Virus record (IMG/VR): IMGVR_UViG_3300031857_000029
Strand: one strand, 5' to 3'
Source of the DNA: a virus
DNA: 64,000 nucleotides
Of the stretch, positions 7,858 through 17,507 are shown in pieces. The notes under the pieces were generated by a model. That model searched no databases, had not been told where the DNA came from, and saw nothing but the letters and a program-made list of their open reading frames with translations. Each line of letters begins with the position of its first letter. The first letter of the stretch is position 1. The position numbers were made by a program, and so were the translations under genes.

Positions 7858-8385
7858 ATGAAGTACCTTTCTATTCTTACGGTAGCATTAATGGTTTTGT
7901 TAGCAGGGACAATTAAGAAGGTCCATATACCAGATGGCATCGTGCGGTCAGAACCAACAGAATTGGAAAAGTTCCTTGACCATATGGCGCAAAGGGAGAG
8001 CGACAATACTCCGCATGTAGTTAATCGGTTTGGTATGATGGGAAAGTATCAATTTGACCCACGCACGGTTAAGGTGCTGGGGTTCAATATATCAAAGAAT
8101 CAATTCCTACGCAATCCTGAATTACAGGACAGCGTGATGGTGAAGTATATGAGAGAGAATAACTCTCTACTGGACCGTATTATCGAAAATTACGAAGGTA
8201 AAAAGTTTAAGGGAGTTCGTATTACCCGTTCTGGTGTTCTCGCCGCCGCTCATTTGGCTGGTGCGGGGAATGTGAAGAAGTATTTTGTGAACGGAGATAT
8301 GCATGGTCGAACGGATGCAAACGGAACTTCAATTCGTGATTATTTAGAAGAATTCAACAAGTATAAATTACGGGAAAATTTCTAA
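7858..8385 (+). CDS. Lysozyme-like muralytic enzyme with N-terminal signal/anchor
   Basis: RES catalytic Glu, VN..G..GKYQF, AAAHL.G motifs; hydrophobic N-terminus. Confidence 0.7.
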   Translation: MKYLSILTVALMVLLAGTIKKVHIPDGIVRSEPTELEKFLDHMAQRESDNTPHVVNRFGMMGKYQFDPRTVKVLGFNISKNQFLRNPELQDSVMVKYMRENNSLLDRIIENYEGKKFKGVRITRSGVLAAAHLAGAGNVKKYFVNGDMHGRTDANGTSIRDYLEEFNKYKLRENF

Positions 8386-8678
8386 TGTTAATATTTTTGG
8401 TTGCACTCTTGACAATTCTAGTTGCGGTGTTATCTTTCGCAACATATAACCTGTTAAGAAAGAACGAAGAATTAGAAGATGTCATCAATCAGTTTTATGG
8501 TCGAACAAATGCGACTGTAAGACTGATGAGGCATTTTGATGACCGTCAAATCTTTGAACAAGATGACGAAGTAGGAAATGTTTTTAAACAATTGGTAGAA
8601 TGTGTAGATTTATTATACGCATTCGTTACGGAGACACGTAATGGCGACAACAACTCCAGCGAGGAAGAAGAACGATAA
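8385..8678 (+). CDS. Small membrane-anchored protein
   Basis: N-terminal TM helix; coupled to the upstream gene. Confidence 0.7.
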   Translation: MLIFLVALLTILVAVLSFATYNLLRKNEELEDVINQFYGRTNATVRLMRHFDDRQIFEQDDEVGNVFKQLVECVDLLYAFVTETRNGDNNSSEEEER

Positions 8679-9387
8679 GGTCTATTTCACAGAAGAAACT
8701 GAAAAGGCAATAATCGCATACAATAAATCTGAAGATTTAGATGTAAGAGAACAATTATTTAGAAGTAAAATACAAGGACCGCTTGATAAGCTAGCAGAGA
8801 ATGTTATCAATCGGTTCAAATTTCCATATATGGAGGGTACCTTCGATGAAATCAAAGCGCAGGTAGTCTCCTTTCTGGTTATCAATCTTCATAAATTTAC
8901 TGAAGATAAGGGTAAAGCGTTTTCATATTTTAGTGTTATTGCTAAAAATTATTTGATTTTACACAATAATAACTCCTATAAGGAAGAAAAACGAGTACTG
9001 TACTTCTCAGACCAAACGGAAGATTCATTTAGTTTGGAAGAAATGCTTGTCGTAGAGCCGGAAACACGGGATTCTACAGTAGACATGAAGGAATTCCTAA
9101 AACTGTTGGTAGAATACTGGGAATTCAATCTTGACCGCTTTTTTAAGAAGAAACGAGACAAGGAAATTGCAGCTGCGATAGTTAAACTCATCGAACGTAT
9201 TGATAATATTGACAATTTCAACAAAAAGGCCCTCTATCTTATGGTAAGGGAAATGACCAATTATAAGACTGCTCATATCACGAAGGTTATTAACAAGATG
9301 CGACCCCAAATTTTGAAGATGTTGAGGGAATTTAGACGAAACGGACATATTTCAGACCCTACTACATATTTCTCATATAAAAAGTAA
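8641..9387 (+). CDS. T4 gp55-like late-transcription sigma factor
   Basis: Region-2-like LHKF..DKGKAFSYFSVIAKNY resembles gp55 F.P.K..NPFAYFTQI; lies directly before the structural operons. Confidence 0.65.
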   Translation: MATTTPARKKNDKVYFTEETEKAIIAYNKSEDLDVREQLFRSKIQGPLDKLAENVINRFKFPYMEGTFDEIKAQVVSFLVINLHKFTEDKGKAFSYFSVIAKNYLILHNNNSYKEEKRVLYFSDQTEDSFSLEEMLVVEPETRDSTVDMKEFLKLLVEYWEFNLDRFFKKKRDKEIAAAIVKLIERIDNIDNFNKKALYLMVREMTNYKTAHITKVINKMRPQILKMLREFRRNGHISDPTTYFSYKK

Positions 9388-9395
9388 ATCCTATC

Positions 9396-9403
9396 TATTT
9401 ATA
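9396..9403 (+). promoter_or_regulatory. Putative late promoter TATTTATA
   Basis: Recurrent intergenic motif; start of baseplate operon. Confidence 0.6.
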
Positions 9404-9426
9404 ATATAGGATTTTAGGGGGTCTTT

Positions 9427-9810
9427 ATGGATATCAATTCGGAACTGTATGATGGGAAGAGTTTAGCCGACATCTTCACCGAAATACACAAAAACACTGA
9501 CAGTAAACGGGCACAAATCAACTCGTTTATTATGAAAATGGTCCAACTCATTCGCACTCCAGAAGATGCGGCTGTGATTGGACCAATTGTGCAGGGATTC
9601 TTGGAAGTGAACGTCAAAAATGACGAACACTTGGTTCGTGTCGCACAAATTGCACAACGAATCGTGTCAGTTGGGGTCAAATCCAACGCATCATTAGAGG
9701 GATTACTATCAGAATCAGAGAAGGAAGCATTACTTAAGGATATCACAACGGAAATCCAAGACCTTCAAGAAGATGTGAAGGACTTGGATGATGTTTTTGC
9801 GGAGAAGTAA
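9427..9810 (+). CDS. Hypothetical helical protein
   Basis: 127 aa ORF with SD-like GGGGG. Confidence 0.75.
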   Translation: MDINSELYDGKSLADIFTEIHKNTDSKRAQINSFIMKMVQLIRTPEDAAVIGPIVQGFLEVNVKNDEHLVRVAQIAQRIVSVGVKSNASLEGLLSESEKEALLKDITTEIQDLQEDVKDLDDVFAEK

Positions 9811-11187
9811 GTGTCATCTTTTGGACCAACTGCATACAACATAGATATCAACCAACTGGGAGCTTCACAGTTCCCAAGATTTGCTGTATCACAACCAACC
9901 CCATATCAAGACGGATTAGTTGAGGATGTTATTCTAAACGAGTTACACCCACAATACGCAGCTGATGGAAGTAATGTAGGTATGGTGCAAGTACGATTCA
10001 TTCCAGGTGACCGTGGTGTTCCAAAAGAAAAATTAAACTGGGTAGCTCCGATAGACTCCAGTATACGAGAATATCCGTTAAAAAACGAACTAGTATTGGT
10101 GTTTTATTCATTAGGTAGATTGTTTTATACCCGTAGAATTAATTCTACAAACAAAACCACGGAAAGTTCTTGGCCAGGATTAAGTGAACGATTCTCGCCA
10201 CAAGTTCGATCAGACAATAGAAGTGATGCAGCTCAAATTGCTGCACAAGGTGGTACTCCATATCGTCCGTGGGGAATGAAACAACAATTTAGTTTGGGTG
10301 ATGAATTTAGTGAAAATCCTGCAGTTCGTATGGTTCGTCCAAATGAAGGTGATTTAATCATACAAGGACGATTTGGGAATACTGTTCGGTTTGGTTCTAG
10401 TTTGTTCAGTAATCCAAATACCGCATCACCACAACCAAATCTAATATTTTCGGTTGGGCAAAGTCCAAATAAGGTTACATCTATTGATATTAATAACGAT
10501 GGTACTAACGAAACTGTTGCTGGGGGTCCATACGGATTAACCTACGAAGATATCAATAAAGATAAAAGTAGTTTTTGGATGGTAGTGGATGAAAAAATAG
10601 TACTTGACCCCGCAACCAAATCTACTATAGCGCACCTACGGTCAACAGAATCATCCGACTCTACCAAATACACCGGAGCACAGATTTTTCTAAATTCTGA
10701 TAGAGTCATTTTAAACAGTAAAGTAAATGAAATATCGTTGTTTGCGAAAAAAGAAATCAACCTAAGTGCAGTAGAGTCAATTACGATAGATTCAGCAAAA
10801 TCAGTGTTTATTACGGCAGAACGAGATATTGAAATATCCACGCCCAGAGATTTGGTACTCTCAGGCCGTTCTGTTAGTATAAATGTGACAAATGATATAG
10901 CTCAGGGAACCTCAGGAAACTACATAATATCGGGTAAAAAGATATTTATAGGGGCGTCACCAAACGATACAACACAACCAATGGTGTTGGGCGGTGAGTT
11001 GGCAGCATGGTTACAGAATTTAATGGACGCATTTATTGTAGAAATACCTAAATCTATTGCTACACTAAATCCAGTCCCATTTGTCAAAGCTATAACTGAA
11101 TTACGGATAAAACTCGGAGCACCGGGCATTCCACAAGCGGCTATATTCAATAGTACTAGTAACTTTACTTCTAAAACTAACGACTGA
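9811..11187 (+). CDS. Baseplate hub/spike protein (gp5/VgrG-like, no lysozyme domain)
   Basis: OB-fold-like N-terminus (P...E.V.V), EGD.IIQGRFGN.VRFGS, beta-helix-like C-terminal repeats, QPMVLG; upstream of gp25 and gp6. Confidence 0.6.
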   Translation: MSSFGPTAYNIDINQLGASQFPRFAVSQPTPYQDGLVEDVILNELHPQYAADGSNVGMVQVRFIPGDRGVPKEKLNWVAPIDSSIREYPLKNELVLVFYSLGRLFYTRRINSTNKTTESSWPGLSERFSPQVRSDNRSDAAQIAAQGGTPYRPWGMKQQFSLGDEFSENPAVRMVRPNEGDLIIQGRFGNTVRFGSSLFSNPNTASPQPNLIFSVGQSPNKVTSIDINNDGTNETVAGGPYGLTYEDINKDKSSFWMVVDEKIVLDPATKSTIAHLRSTESSDSTKYTGAQIFLNSDRVILNSKVNEISLFAKKEINLSAVESITIDSAKSVFITAERDIEISTPRDLVLSGRSVSINVTNDIAQGTSGNYIISGKKIFIGASPNDTTQPMVLGGELAAWLQNLMDAFIVEIPKSIATLNPVPFVKAITELRIKLGAPGIPQAAIFNSTSNFTSKTND

Positions 11188-11189
11188 TT

Positions 11190-11744
11190 ATGGCAATACC
11201 TAGTAACTTATTACCAATAAATAATCCGTTTAGAGCAGAGGTAGAGGAACTTCCAACTATATCACCACCAACTACTGGAGTTTCGGGAGTACCAAGTAAT
11301 TTACTACCAGTTAACACCAGTAATATTTCTGGTTCGTTCCAATCGTTGGCGGGAAATATACCAACAGCTAATATACCCGAAATACCACAGTTTTCAATAC
11401 TAAACACGGTTATACCAGATAGATTATTTACTACGGGAAGTATTGACCAAGTTAGAGCACGAACCCTAAATGCAGCAAGTACATATACCGGTGGGTTACC
11501 GGCATTACCAACGCTTCCAACAGTAAATTCATTTATACCATCAAGACCTCGAATACCATCATACGGTCAAATTAAGAACTATATCAAAACTAAGATAGAC
11601 AGAATTAAACAACGAAAACAACAAGCATCTGTAAAAGCATTAGATTCAGAACTTAAAAAACAAGAAAATCCGTTCAAGTATAGACAGTCGTTAAAAAACC
11701 AAGAAACAAAAAGCACGGTTCTTGGACGATTTAATAACCAGTAG
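11190..11744 (+). CDS. Pro-rich hypothetical protein
   Basis: 184 aa; internal repeat PSNLLP. Confidence 0.7.
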   Translation: MAIPSNLLPINNPFRAEVEELPTISPPTTGVSGVPSNLLPVNTSNISGSFQSLAGNIPTANIPEIPQFSILNTVIPDRLFTTGSIDQVRARTLNAASTYTGGLPALPTLPTVNSFIPSRPRIPSYGQIKNYIKTKIDRIKQRKQQASVKALDSELKKQENPFKYRQSLKNQETKSTVLGRFNNQ

Positions 11745-11755
11745 AGGGTAATATT

Positions 11756-12112
11756 ATGGATAAAGCATTATTCAGAGCGTATGTCAAGGAATTGGTCAAA
11801 GAACAAATTGAAGAATCGGTTGAAAAGGCCGTAAAAAAGATTCTTCCAGAAGTTCTTGGGGAAGCTATTGCAGAAATTAAGAGTAGTCAACCAAATAAGG
11901 TAAACGAAGCAGCTACTGCTAAACCAAAACTTTCTCGTAGTCAACTAGCTGCAATGATGGGACTAGAACGCCATGGTGATACCATTACGGCAACATCAAA
12001 GAATGTGGGTCCAGTAATGCAAGCTCCACAAGGTATGACTGAAGATAATCCTACGCTACAAGCTATCAATAGAGACTATTCTGCTCTAATGAAAGCAATG
12101 AAGTTGACCTGA
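11756..12112 (+). CDS. Hypothetical protein
   Basis: SD GAGGG; 118 aa. Confidence 0.75.
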   Translation: MDKALFRAYVKELVKEQIEESVEKAVKKILPEVLGEAIAEIKSSQPNKVNEAATAKPKLSRSQLAAMMGLERHGDTITATSKNVGPVMQAPQGMTEDNPTLQAINRDYSALMKAMKLT

Positions 12113-12124
12113 TTGGAGATATAA

Positions 12125-12610
12125 ATGGCTCAGAAGTTTATTGGTATCACATTACCAGTTCGGTTAGGACAAACAGGAATGTTTGACCAATCAACAACGG
12201 TAATTCAACAAGTTCGTTCTAACTTTAAGAATTTGATTCTTACGAAGAAGGGAGAACGGGTTGGGCAACCAGATTTGGGGTGCGACTTGTGGAAAATATT
12301 ATTTGAACCATTAACTGAAGAGACATTAGAAAATGCTCGATTAGCAGTAGCGGAAGCAGTAGACCGGTGGTTACCATTTATTGAATTAATAGATTTTCAA
12401 ATTACTAAAACAGATGATGAAAATATTATCAGTATAAAATGTTTATACAGATTCAGAAATAACCCAAATGTAACCGACCAAATAACATTAGCAGCACAAC
12501 AATTTGGTGCACCAACAGTTGGGTTTACAGAAGTTCCAGAAGATGCTGTACCTACACAAGCAGAAATTACAGCGCTTGAAAACGCTCGTCGTATTAGAAG
12601 ACTTAATTAA
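12125..12610 (+). CDS. Baseplate wedge protein gp25-like
   Basis: NLILTKKGER...P.LGC.L...LFEP...RWLP motif. Confidence 0.88.
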   Translation: MAQKFIGITLPVRLGQTGMFDQSTTVIQQVRSNFKNLILTKKGERVGQPDLGCDLWKILFEPLTEETLENARLAVAEAVDRWLPFIELIDFQITKTDDENIISIKCLYRFRNNPNVTDQITLAAQQFGAPTVGFTEVPEDAVPTQAEITALENARRIRRLN

Positions 12611-12623
12611 TTTGGAGTTTTAA

Positions 12624-14549
12624 ATGGCAACAAATCAATCAGTAATTATACAACCAAGACCAAATGTCAAGCAAATTAATTATGTCTCAAAGACGTTCAC
12701 GGACTTTAGACAAAACTTAATAGAATTTGCTAAAGCATATTACCCAAACGCATACTCAGATTTTAATGAAACTTCACCTGGTATGATGTTTATTGAAATG
12801 GCATCATATATTGGTGATGTCCTTTCATTTTATATTGATAATCAATTTAAAGAAAACTTGTTAGCATATGCTGAACAACAAGAAAATGTCATTTCTATCT
12901 CACAATTCCTCGGATACAAACCAAAATTAGTTTCACCGTCTACAGTGGTAGCAACATTATATCAATTAGCACCAGCAATACTTGATAATGGTGTTTATGT
13001 ACCGGACCCACGATATTTGATTAAAGTAGCACGGGGAAGTACATTCACTACAAGCGGACAAACCTCAGTTCAATTCAGATTGGGTGAGGATGTATATTTC
13101 TCAGACATTACCGCAGAAAACTATATAATTAATACATTTACTGGTGGTGGTAATCCTGACACATTTATTGTTAGTAAACCGGCCCTATTGGTATCAGCTG
13201 AAGAAAGAACAACCACATTTTCTTTTGGAAGCGCACAAAAGTTTACCTCTGTACTAATGCCAGAGGAATCTATCATTGGTATTGAAAGTGTGGTTGATTC
13301 GAACGGTAATACTTGGTACGAAGTTGACTACTTAGCACAAGATGTGATTATGGATGACCTAGATGTTACTGATAATGGTGAAACAGGAATTTTACCATCA
13401 TCTAAGTTACGACTTCGCAGAGTTCCTCGCAGATTTGTTACCAGACTGAACAGAGATTCACGAATGGAATTAGTCTTTGGTTCGGGAACCGATAACGAAG
13501 CCGAAGTAAATACGACATTAGACTCTAGACAAGTAGCAAATTCTCAGTATGGAAATACTATAGAAGATACATTAGGTAATGTAGCTATTAATAATGTAAA
13601 CTTTCTTAATAGCAATGCTTACGGAATAGCTCCAGCGAACATAACACTAACAGTAACTTATTTGGTTGGCGGTGGGGTAAATGCCAATACTCCTTCCAAT
13701 ACAATTAATGTTGTAGCTGAAACAACCACATTAAATGACACAACGGATTATACACAAGCAGAACTTAGTACATTTAATGCAGCAGTGCAAAGTATCACTA
13801 TTAACAACGACCTACCAGCTACTGGCGGTGGTGAAGGTGAATCTATAGACGAAATTCGTGAAAACGCATTGGCGTTCTTTAATGCACAAAATCGTGTAGT
13901 TACTGTAGAAGATTATGCAGTTCGTTCTTACGCACTACCTTCACGGTTTGGTCGTATAGCAAAAGCCTTTGCAGTAAGAGATGAACAGATTAACAGAATA
14001 TTAGCAGCACAAAATGACAAAGTGTATGTAGATAATCCAGTGCGTCCAAATGTAATAAACTTGTACACATTAGGATATGATACTAATGGTAATTTAGATG
14101 AATTAAATACATTGGTTAAAGAAAATTTAGCACGATATCTTGAACAGTTTAGAATGTTAACCGATGATGTTAATATTCTCGATGCATTTATTATCAATAT
14201 CGGCGTACAATTTGACATCTCTGTACTAAGAAATTACAATGTAAATGATGTTGTCGCACGAAGTATTGGGGCTGTACAAGATTTTTTTGATACAAGTAAA
14301 TGGAACATCAATCAACCAATCATCTTAGCAGATTTGTCATACAATATTGGATTGGTAGAGGGGGTCCAGACAGTAAAGAGTGTTCGTATCTTCAACAGAT
14401 ATGAATACAGAGATGGTCTTGGATATCAAAATTATCGATATAATATTGACGAAGCCACAATCAATGGGGTTATCTATCCAAGTCTCGACCCAAGTATCTT
14501 TGAGTTGAAATATCCAACAACTGATATTATAGGAAACGCTACCCAATGA
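12624..14549 (+). CDS. Baseplate wedge protein (gp6/J-like)
   Basis: Y.SK.F..FR..L, ASYIGDVLSFY, FG.G, ATGG..GES.DEIR.NA...Q.R.VT..DY. Confidence 0.88.
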   Translation: MATNQSVIIQPRPNVKQINYVSKTFTDFRQNLIEFAKAYYPNAYSDFNETSPGMMFIEMASYIGDVLSFYIDNQFKENLLAYAEQQENVISISQFLGYKPKLVSPSTVVATLYQLAPAILDNGVYVPDPRYLIKVARGSTFTTSGQTSVQFRLGEDVYFSDITAENYIINTFTGGGNPDTFIVSKPALLVSAEERTTTFSFGSAQKFTSVLMPEESIIGIESVVDSNGNTWYEVDYLAQDVIMDDLDVTDNGETGILPSSKLRLRRVPRRFVTRLNRDSRMELVFGSGTDNEAEVNTTLDSRQVANSQYGNTIEDTLGNVAINNVNFLNSNAYGIAPANITLTVTYLVGGGVNANTPSNTINVVAETTTLNDTTDYTQAELSTFNAAVQSITINNDLPATGGGEGESIDEIRENALAFFNAQNRVVTVEDYAVRSYALPSRFGRIAKAFAVRDEQINRILAAQNDKVYVDNPVRPNVINLYTLGYDTNGNLDELNTLVKENLARYLEQFRMLTDDVNILDAFIINIGVQFDISVLRNYNVNDVVARSIGAVQDFFDTSKWNINQPIILADLSYNIGLVEGVQTVKSVRIFNRYEYRDGLGYQNYRYNIDEATINGVIYPSLDPSIFELKYPTTDIIGNATQ

Positions 14550-15586
14550 GAACCATATTAACCGCCAGTAAAGATACTACATTATACCAAGCGTTTGTAA
14601 ACAACAACGCTGGATTAGATGAAATACTTGAAATAGGTAAGGTCATAGATATATCCGAACCTACTAGCTCGACTGCATATGCAACGGGTTCAGCGCGGTC
14701 GTTGCTATATTTTGAATTACCAACCACAGCAAGTGTACCAGCAACCGCTAGTTATTTCTTGAACTTAAAGTTAGCAAATGCAGATAATGTTAAGAGAAAT
14801 CAACAAATTCTTATTTATAAAGTTTCTCGGTCGTGGGATGAAGGTAGTGGATTCTTTTATCAAGATATAGAAAATGTAGAAGACGGTGCATCGTGGGCAA
14901 GATGTACTTCTGCGGTGTCGTGGAGTAGTGCGGGTGGTGATTTCTTAACGGGGTCAACTAGCCAAAGTGTCGTTCTATCATCATACCCACTTCAAGATAT
15001 TCGCGTAGATGTTACAAACATTCTACAACCATTCGTTAGTCAATCTATACAAAATACCTTTCATGGGTTGGGATTACGTTTTCCAATTGCCGATGAACAA
15101 GATTCTACAAATAAAGGAAATATTAAAATATTTTCAACACAAACGCACACTATACATCAACCAACATTAGAAGTTGTATGGGAAACACAAACAGTAGTCA
15201 CGGGAAGTTTATTACCAATTTCAACACTAAATGTAAAAGTTGTTGCATCTAATTTACGAGAAACATATACAAAAGGTGATGTCGATAAGGTAACTTTGGT
15301 AGTTCGTGACCAATACCCATTAAAATCATTTGATTCTGTGCTACGATATAAGAACAAGTATTACTTACCAACATCATCATATTTTTCTGTGGTCGATGTA
15401 CAAAGCAACACAACTGTTATACCATTTGATAACTATAGTAAAATAAACACCGACGCAACAGGATCGTATGTAATTCTCGATACAGCACCACTATACCCAG
15501 GCAGATTTTATACATTAAAATTAAAAGTTGTAAACGGCGATTATTCTAGAGTAATCGACACCGACACTCTATTTAAAGTTAAATAA
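14546..15586 (+). CDS. Virion protein with DNRLRE/CBM96-like domain
   Basis: ASKDT.L...N.G...L.IG...RSLL.F, SW.EG, W...GGD, VDVT, P.LEV. Confidence 0.6.
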   Translation: MRTILTASKDTTLYQAFVNNNAGLDEILEIGKVIDISEPTSSTAYATGSARSLLYFELPTTASVPATASYFLNLKLANADNVKRNQQILIYKVSRSWDEGSGFFYQDIENVEDGASWARCTSAVSWSSAGGDFLTGSTSQSVVLSSYPLQDIRVDVTNILQPFVSQSIQNTFHGLGLRFPIADEQDSTNKGNIKIFSTQTHTIHQPTLEVVWETQTVVTGSLLPISTLNVKVVASNLRETYTKGDVDKVTLVVRDQYPLKSFDSVLRYKNKYYLPTSSYFSVVDVQSNTTVIPFDNYSKINTDATGSYVILDTAPLYPGRFYTLKLKVVNGDYSRVIDTDTLFKVK

Positions 15587-15589
15587 TTT

Positions 15590-15865
15590 ATGGCAACAAC
15601 ATTTTTATCAAGTAGTGTTAGTCCAGATAGTGGAAGTATAGTCAATAAAGAACAGATTGATATCTCATTGTCTTTATTTGATGTGTCAGCATCTGGACAA
15701 AGTGCATCAATCCATACTAATTATTCGGCAACAGTGCAAACCGTGACGTTGCCCGAAGAAGGATTGATGGACCGTAGTGTATATTACACTCCAATTTACA
15801 AAGAAAAGTTGGACTATAATGTATGGTTAACCAGAATCAATAAAAATTTTGAAGAGTTAGACTAA
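15590..15865 (+). CDS. Hypothetical virion protein
   Basis: In baseplate operon. Confidence 0.65.
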   Translation: MATTFLSSSVSPDSGSIVNKEQIDISLSLFDVSASGQSASIHTNYSATVQTVTLPEEGLMDRSVYYTPIYKEKLDYNVWLTRINKNFEELD

Positions 15866-16740
15866 TGGCAGAACAGCAAAATTACCAAAGTAACCTACAA
15901 GAACTATCAGATGCGTATACTAGATATACGGTGTCTCGTATTATAGCAAATAAAAAAGATGATTTACTTGATATGGAGGTTCCGGCGGATTTTTCTGAAG
16001 CGTTACTCCAAAATAATGTTGAAATTAACTTATATAGTTTATCCGATAATTCTATAATATTTTCAGATGTTGTGCGAAATGTTAGTGGTTCAATCTTCAC
16101 CGAAACATTACAATATAATGACAACAGTTTGCGTAAGTTATTATATATTGATTTTGCTAAAGTACCAGGATTAGATTTACCGTCTGGGCAATATTCAGTT
16201 ACACTTAACTTTTTTGCAGATGAAATCGGTGCATACGACAATAGAATCTTAAAAGTCAATAGAATATCAACATCACGCACCGAAGTAGAATTAAAATTAA
16301 CCGATACCACACAACAAAAAGTATTAGAACAATTTGCAACCCCATTAATACCGGCAGAATTTATAAAACCAATATTACGTCAAATCTTTAACCAAGAAGG
16401 GTCAGACGAATTAGTACTACCAACCAGCCCAATAAAAATTAATAGTGCATCACTCTATCAAAACTTTGCAAGTGGGTCTGGTGAAAAGCTTATTCAATAT
16501 AATTTTGACGATGATGATGGAAGTCGTATTGGTATTAATACTATTATGCAAAACGTACTTGATGATGCGTATCCGATTGCATTACAAACTGTAGAAGATA
16601 TGGTGTTGTTATCGGGTAGTACCAGTTTCACCGAAACAGAGTTGTCTGAATATGTTGTCAACGCAATTGATATCGCGTATGATGCTGCACTAAATGATGA
16701 AGCACAAAATCCACAAAATTATCGGTTTGACTTAATATGA
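15865..16740 (+). CDS. Hypothetical baseplate protein
   Basis: In baseplate operon; translationally coupled. Confidence 0.7.
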   Translation: MAEQQNYQSNLQELSDAYTRYTVSRIIANKKDDLLDMEVPADFSEALLQNNVEINLYSLSDNSIIFSDVVRNVSGSIFTETLQYNDNSLRKLLYIDFAKVPGLDLPSGQYSVTLNFFADEIGAYDNRILKVNRISTSRTEVELKLTDTTQQKVLEQFATPLIPAEFIKPILRQIFNQEGSDELVLPTSPIKINSASLYQNFASGSGEKLIQYNFDDDDGSRIGINTIMQNVLDDAYPIALQTVEDMVLLSGSTSFTETELSEYVVNAIDIAYDAALNDEAQNPQNYRFDLI

Positions 16741-17501
16741 GTACTTACAATATCCGTGAAAAATTTTCGTATGTATTAGCTACGAGTAGTATTGAATATA
16801 TCAGAAACTATAATTTTAATACTTCCACGGTCACTGATATTCCTTTGGCTATGGCAAATAGTGATACGGAAGTGCCTATTACGGTCAACATAACCACCAC
16901 AGTACCGTGGATACAAATTGTTAACCCCACAACTGGGGCTAATTTAAAATTCCCAAGTGGAAATGTTGTATTAGGGCCTACAAGTACTAGTGTAGTTTTG
17001 GTAAAAATTGATTTACCGCCTGAAATAGAAAATGTACCATCCTCGTCGATATATCCAGACATAAGTTTAGATATTAAGTCGGGTAGTTTTCCTATAATAT
17101 CTCCTCCTGCGCCAACGGGTAGTCAAGCAAATAATAAAAATACTATAACGGTACCACAAAGTACTTATACAATAGACCCAGGCGAACGGGTTCAAGTCGA
17201 TATTACTGTATATGATGTTGATGGTAATCCAGTTAAGAATGTACCAGATGTAGTTTGGAAGTCAAATAATACAAGTATTGTTCAAGTAGAAGAACCAGAG
17301 AATACTCAAATAGATTACAATCCATATACTCCACGAATTATACGAGGTATATCTTCTGGAGAAACAACGGTTACTATTACCGCAGGACCAGAAAGAGAAA
17401 CTAGTATAACCTTTATTGTACGAGACACTTCATCATCAGCTGGTCCACAACAACCAGGCGATGGGCAAAATCAACCCAGAACTTCTACAGTGGTCGAGTA
17501 A
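16737..17501 (+). CDS. Virion protein with Ig-like (Big_2) domain
   Basis: VVWKSNNTSIVQV...RGISSGETTVTITAG. Confidence 0.65.
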   Translation: MSTYNIREKFSYVLATSSIEYIRNYNFNTSTVTDIPLAMANSDTEVPITVNITTTVPWIQIVNPTTGANLKFPSGNVVLGPTSTSVVLVKIDLPPEIENVPSSSIYPDISLDIKSGSFPIISPPAPTGSQANNKNTITVPQSTYTIDPGERVQVDITVYDVDGNPVKNVPDVVWKSNNTSIVQVEEPENTQIDYNPYTPRIIRGISSGETTVTITAGPERETSITFIVRDTSSSAGPQQPGDGQNQPRTSTVVE

Positions 17502-17507
17502 TATAAC

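Noticed and set aside
9427-9810. Small terminase subunit assignment (this ORF or 34671-35276)
   Set aside because: No recognisable motif; would need a profile or structure search
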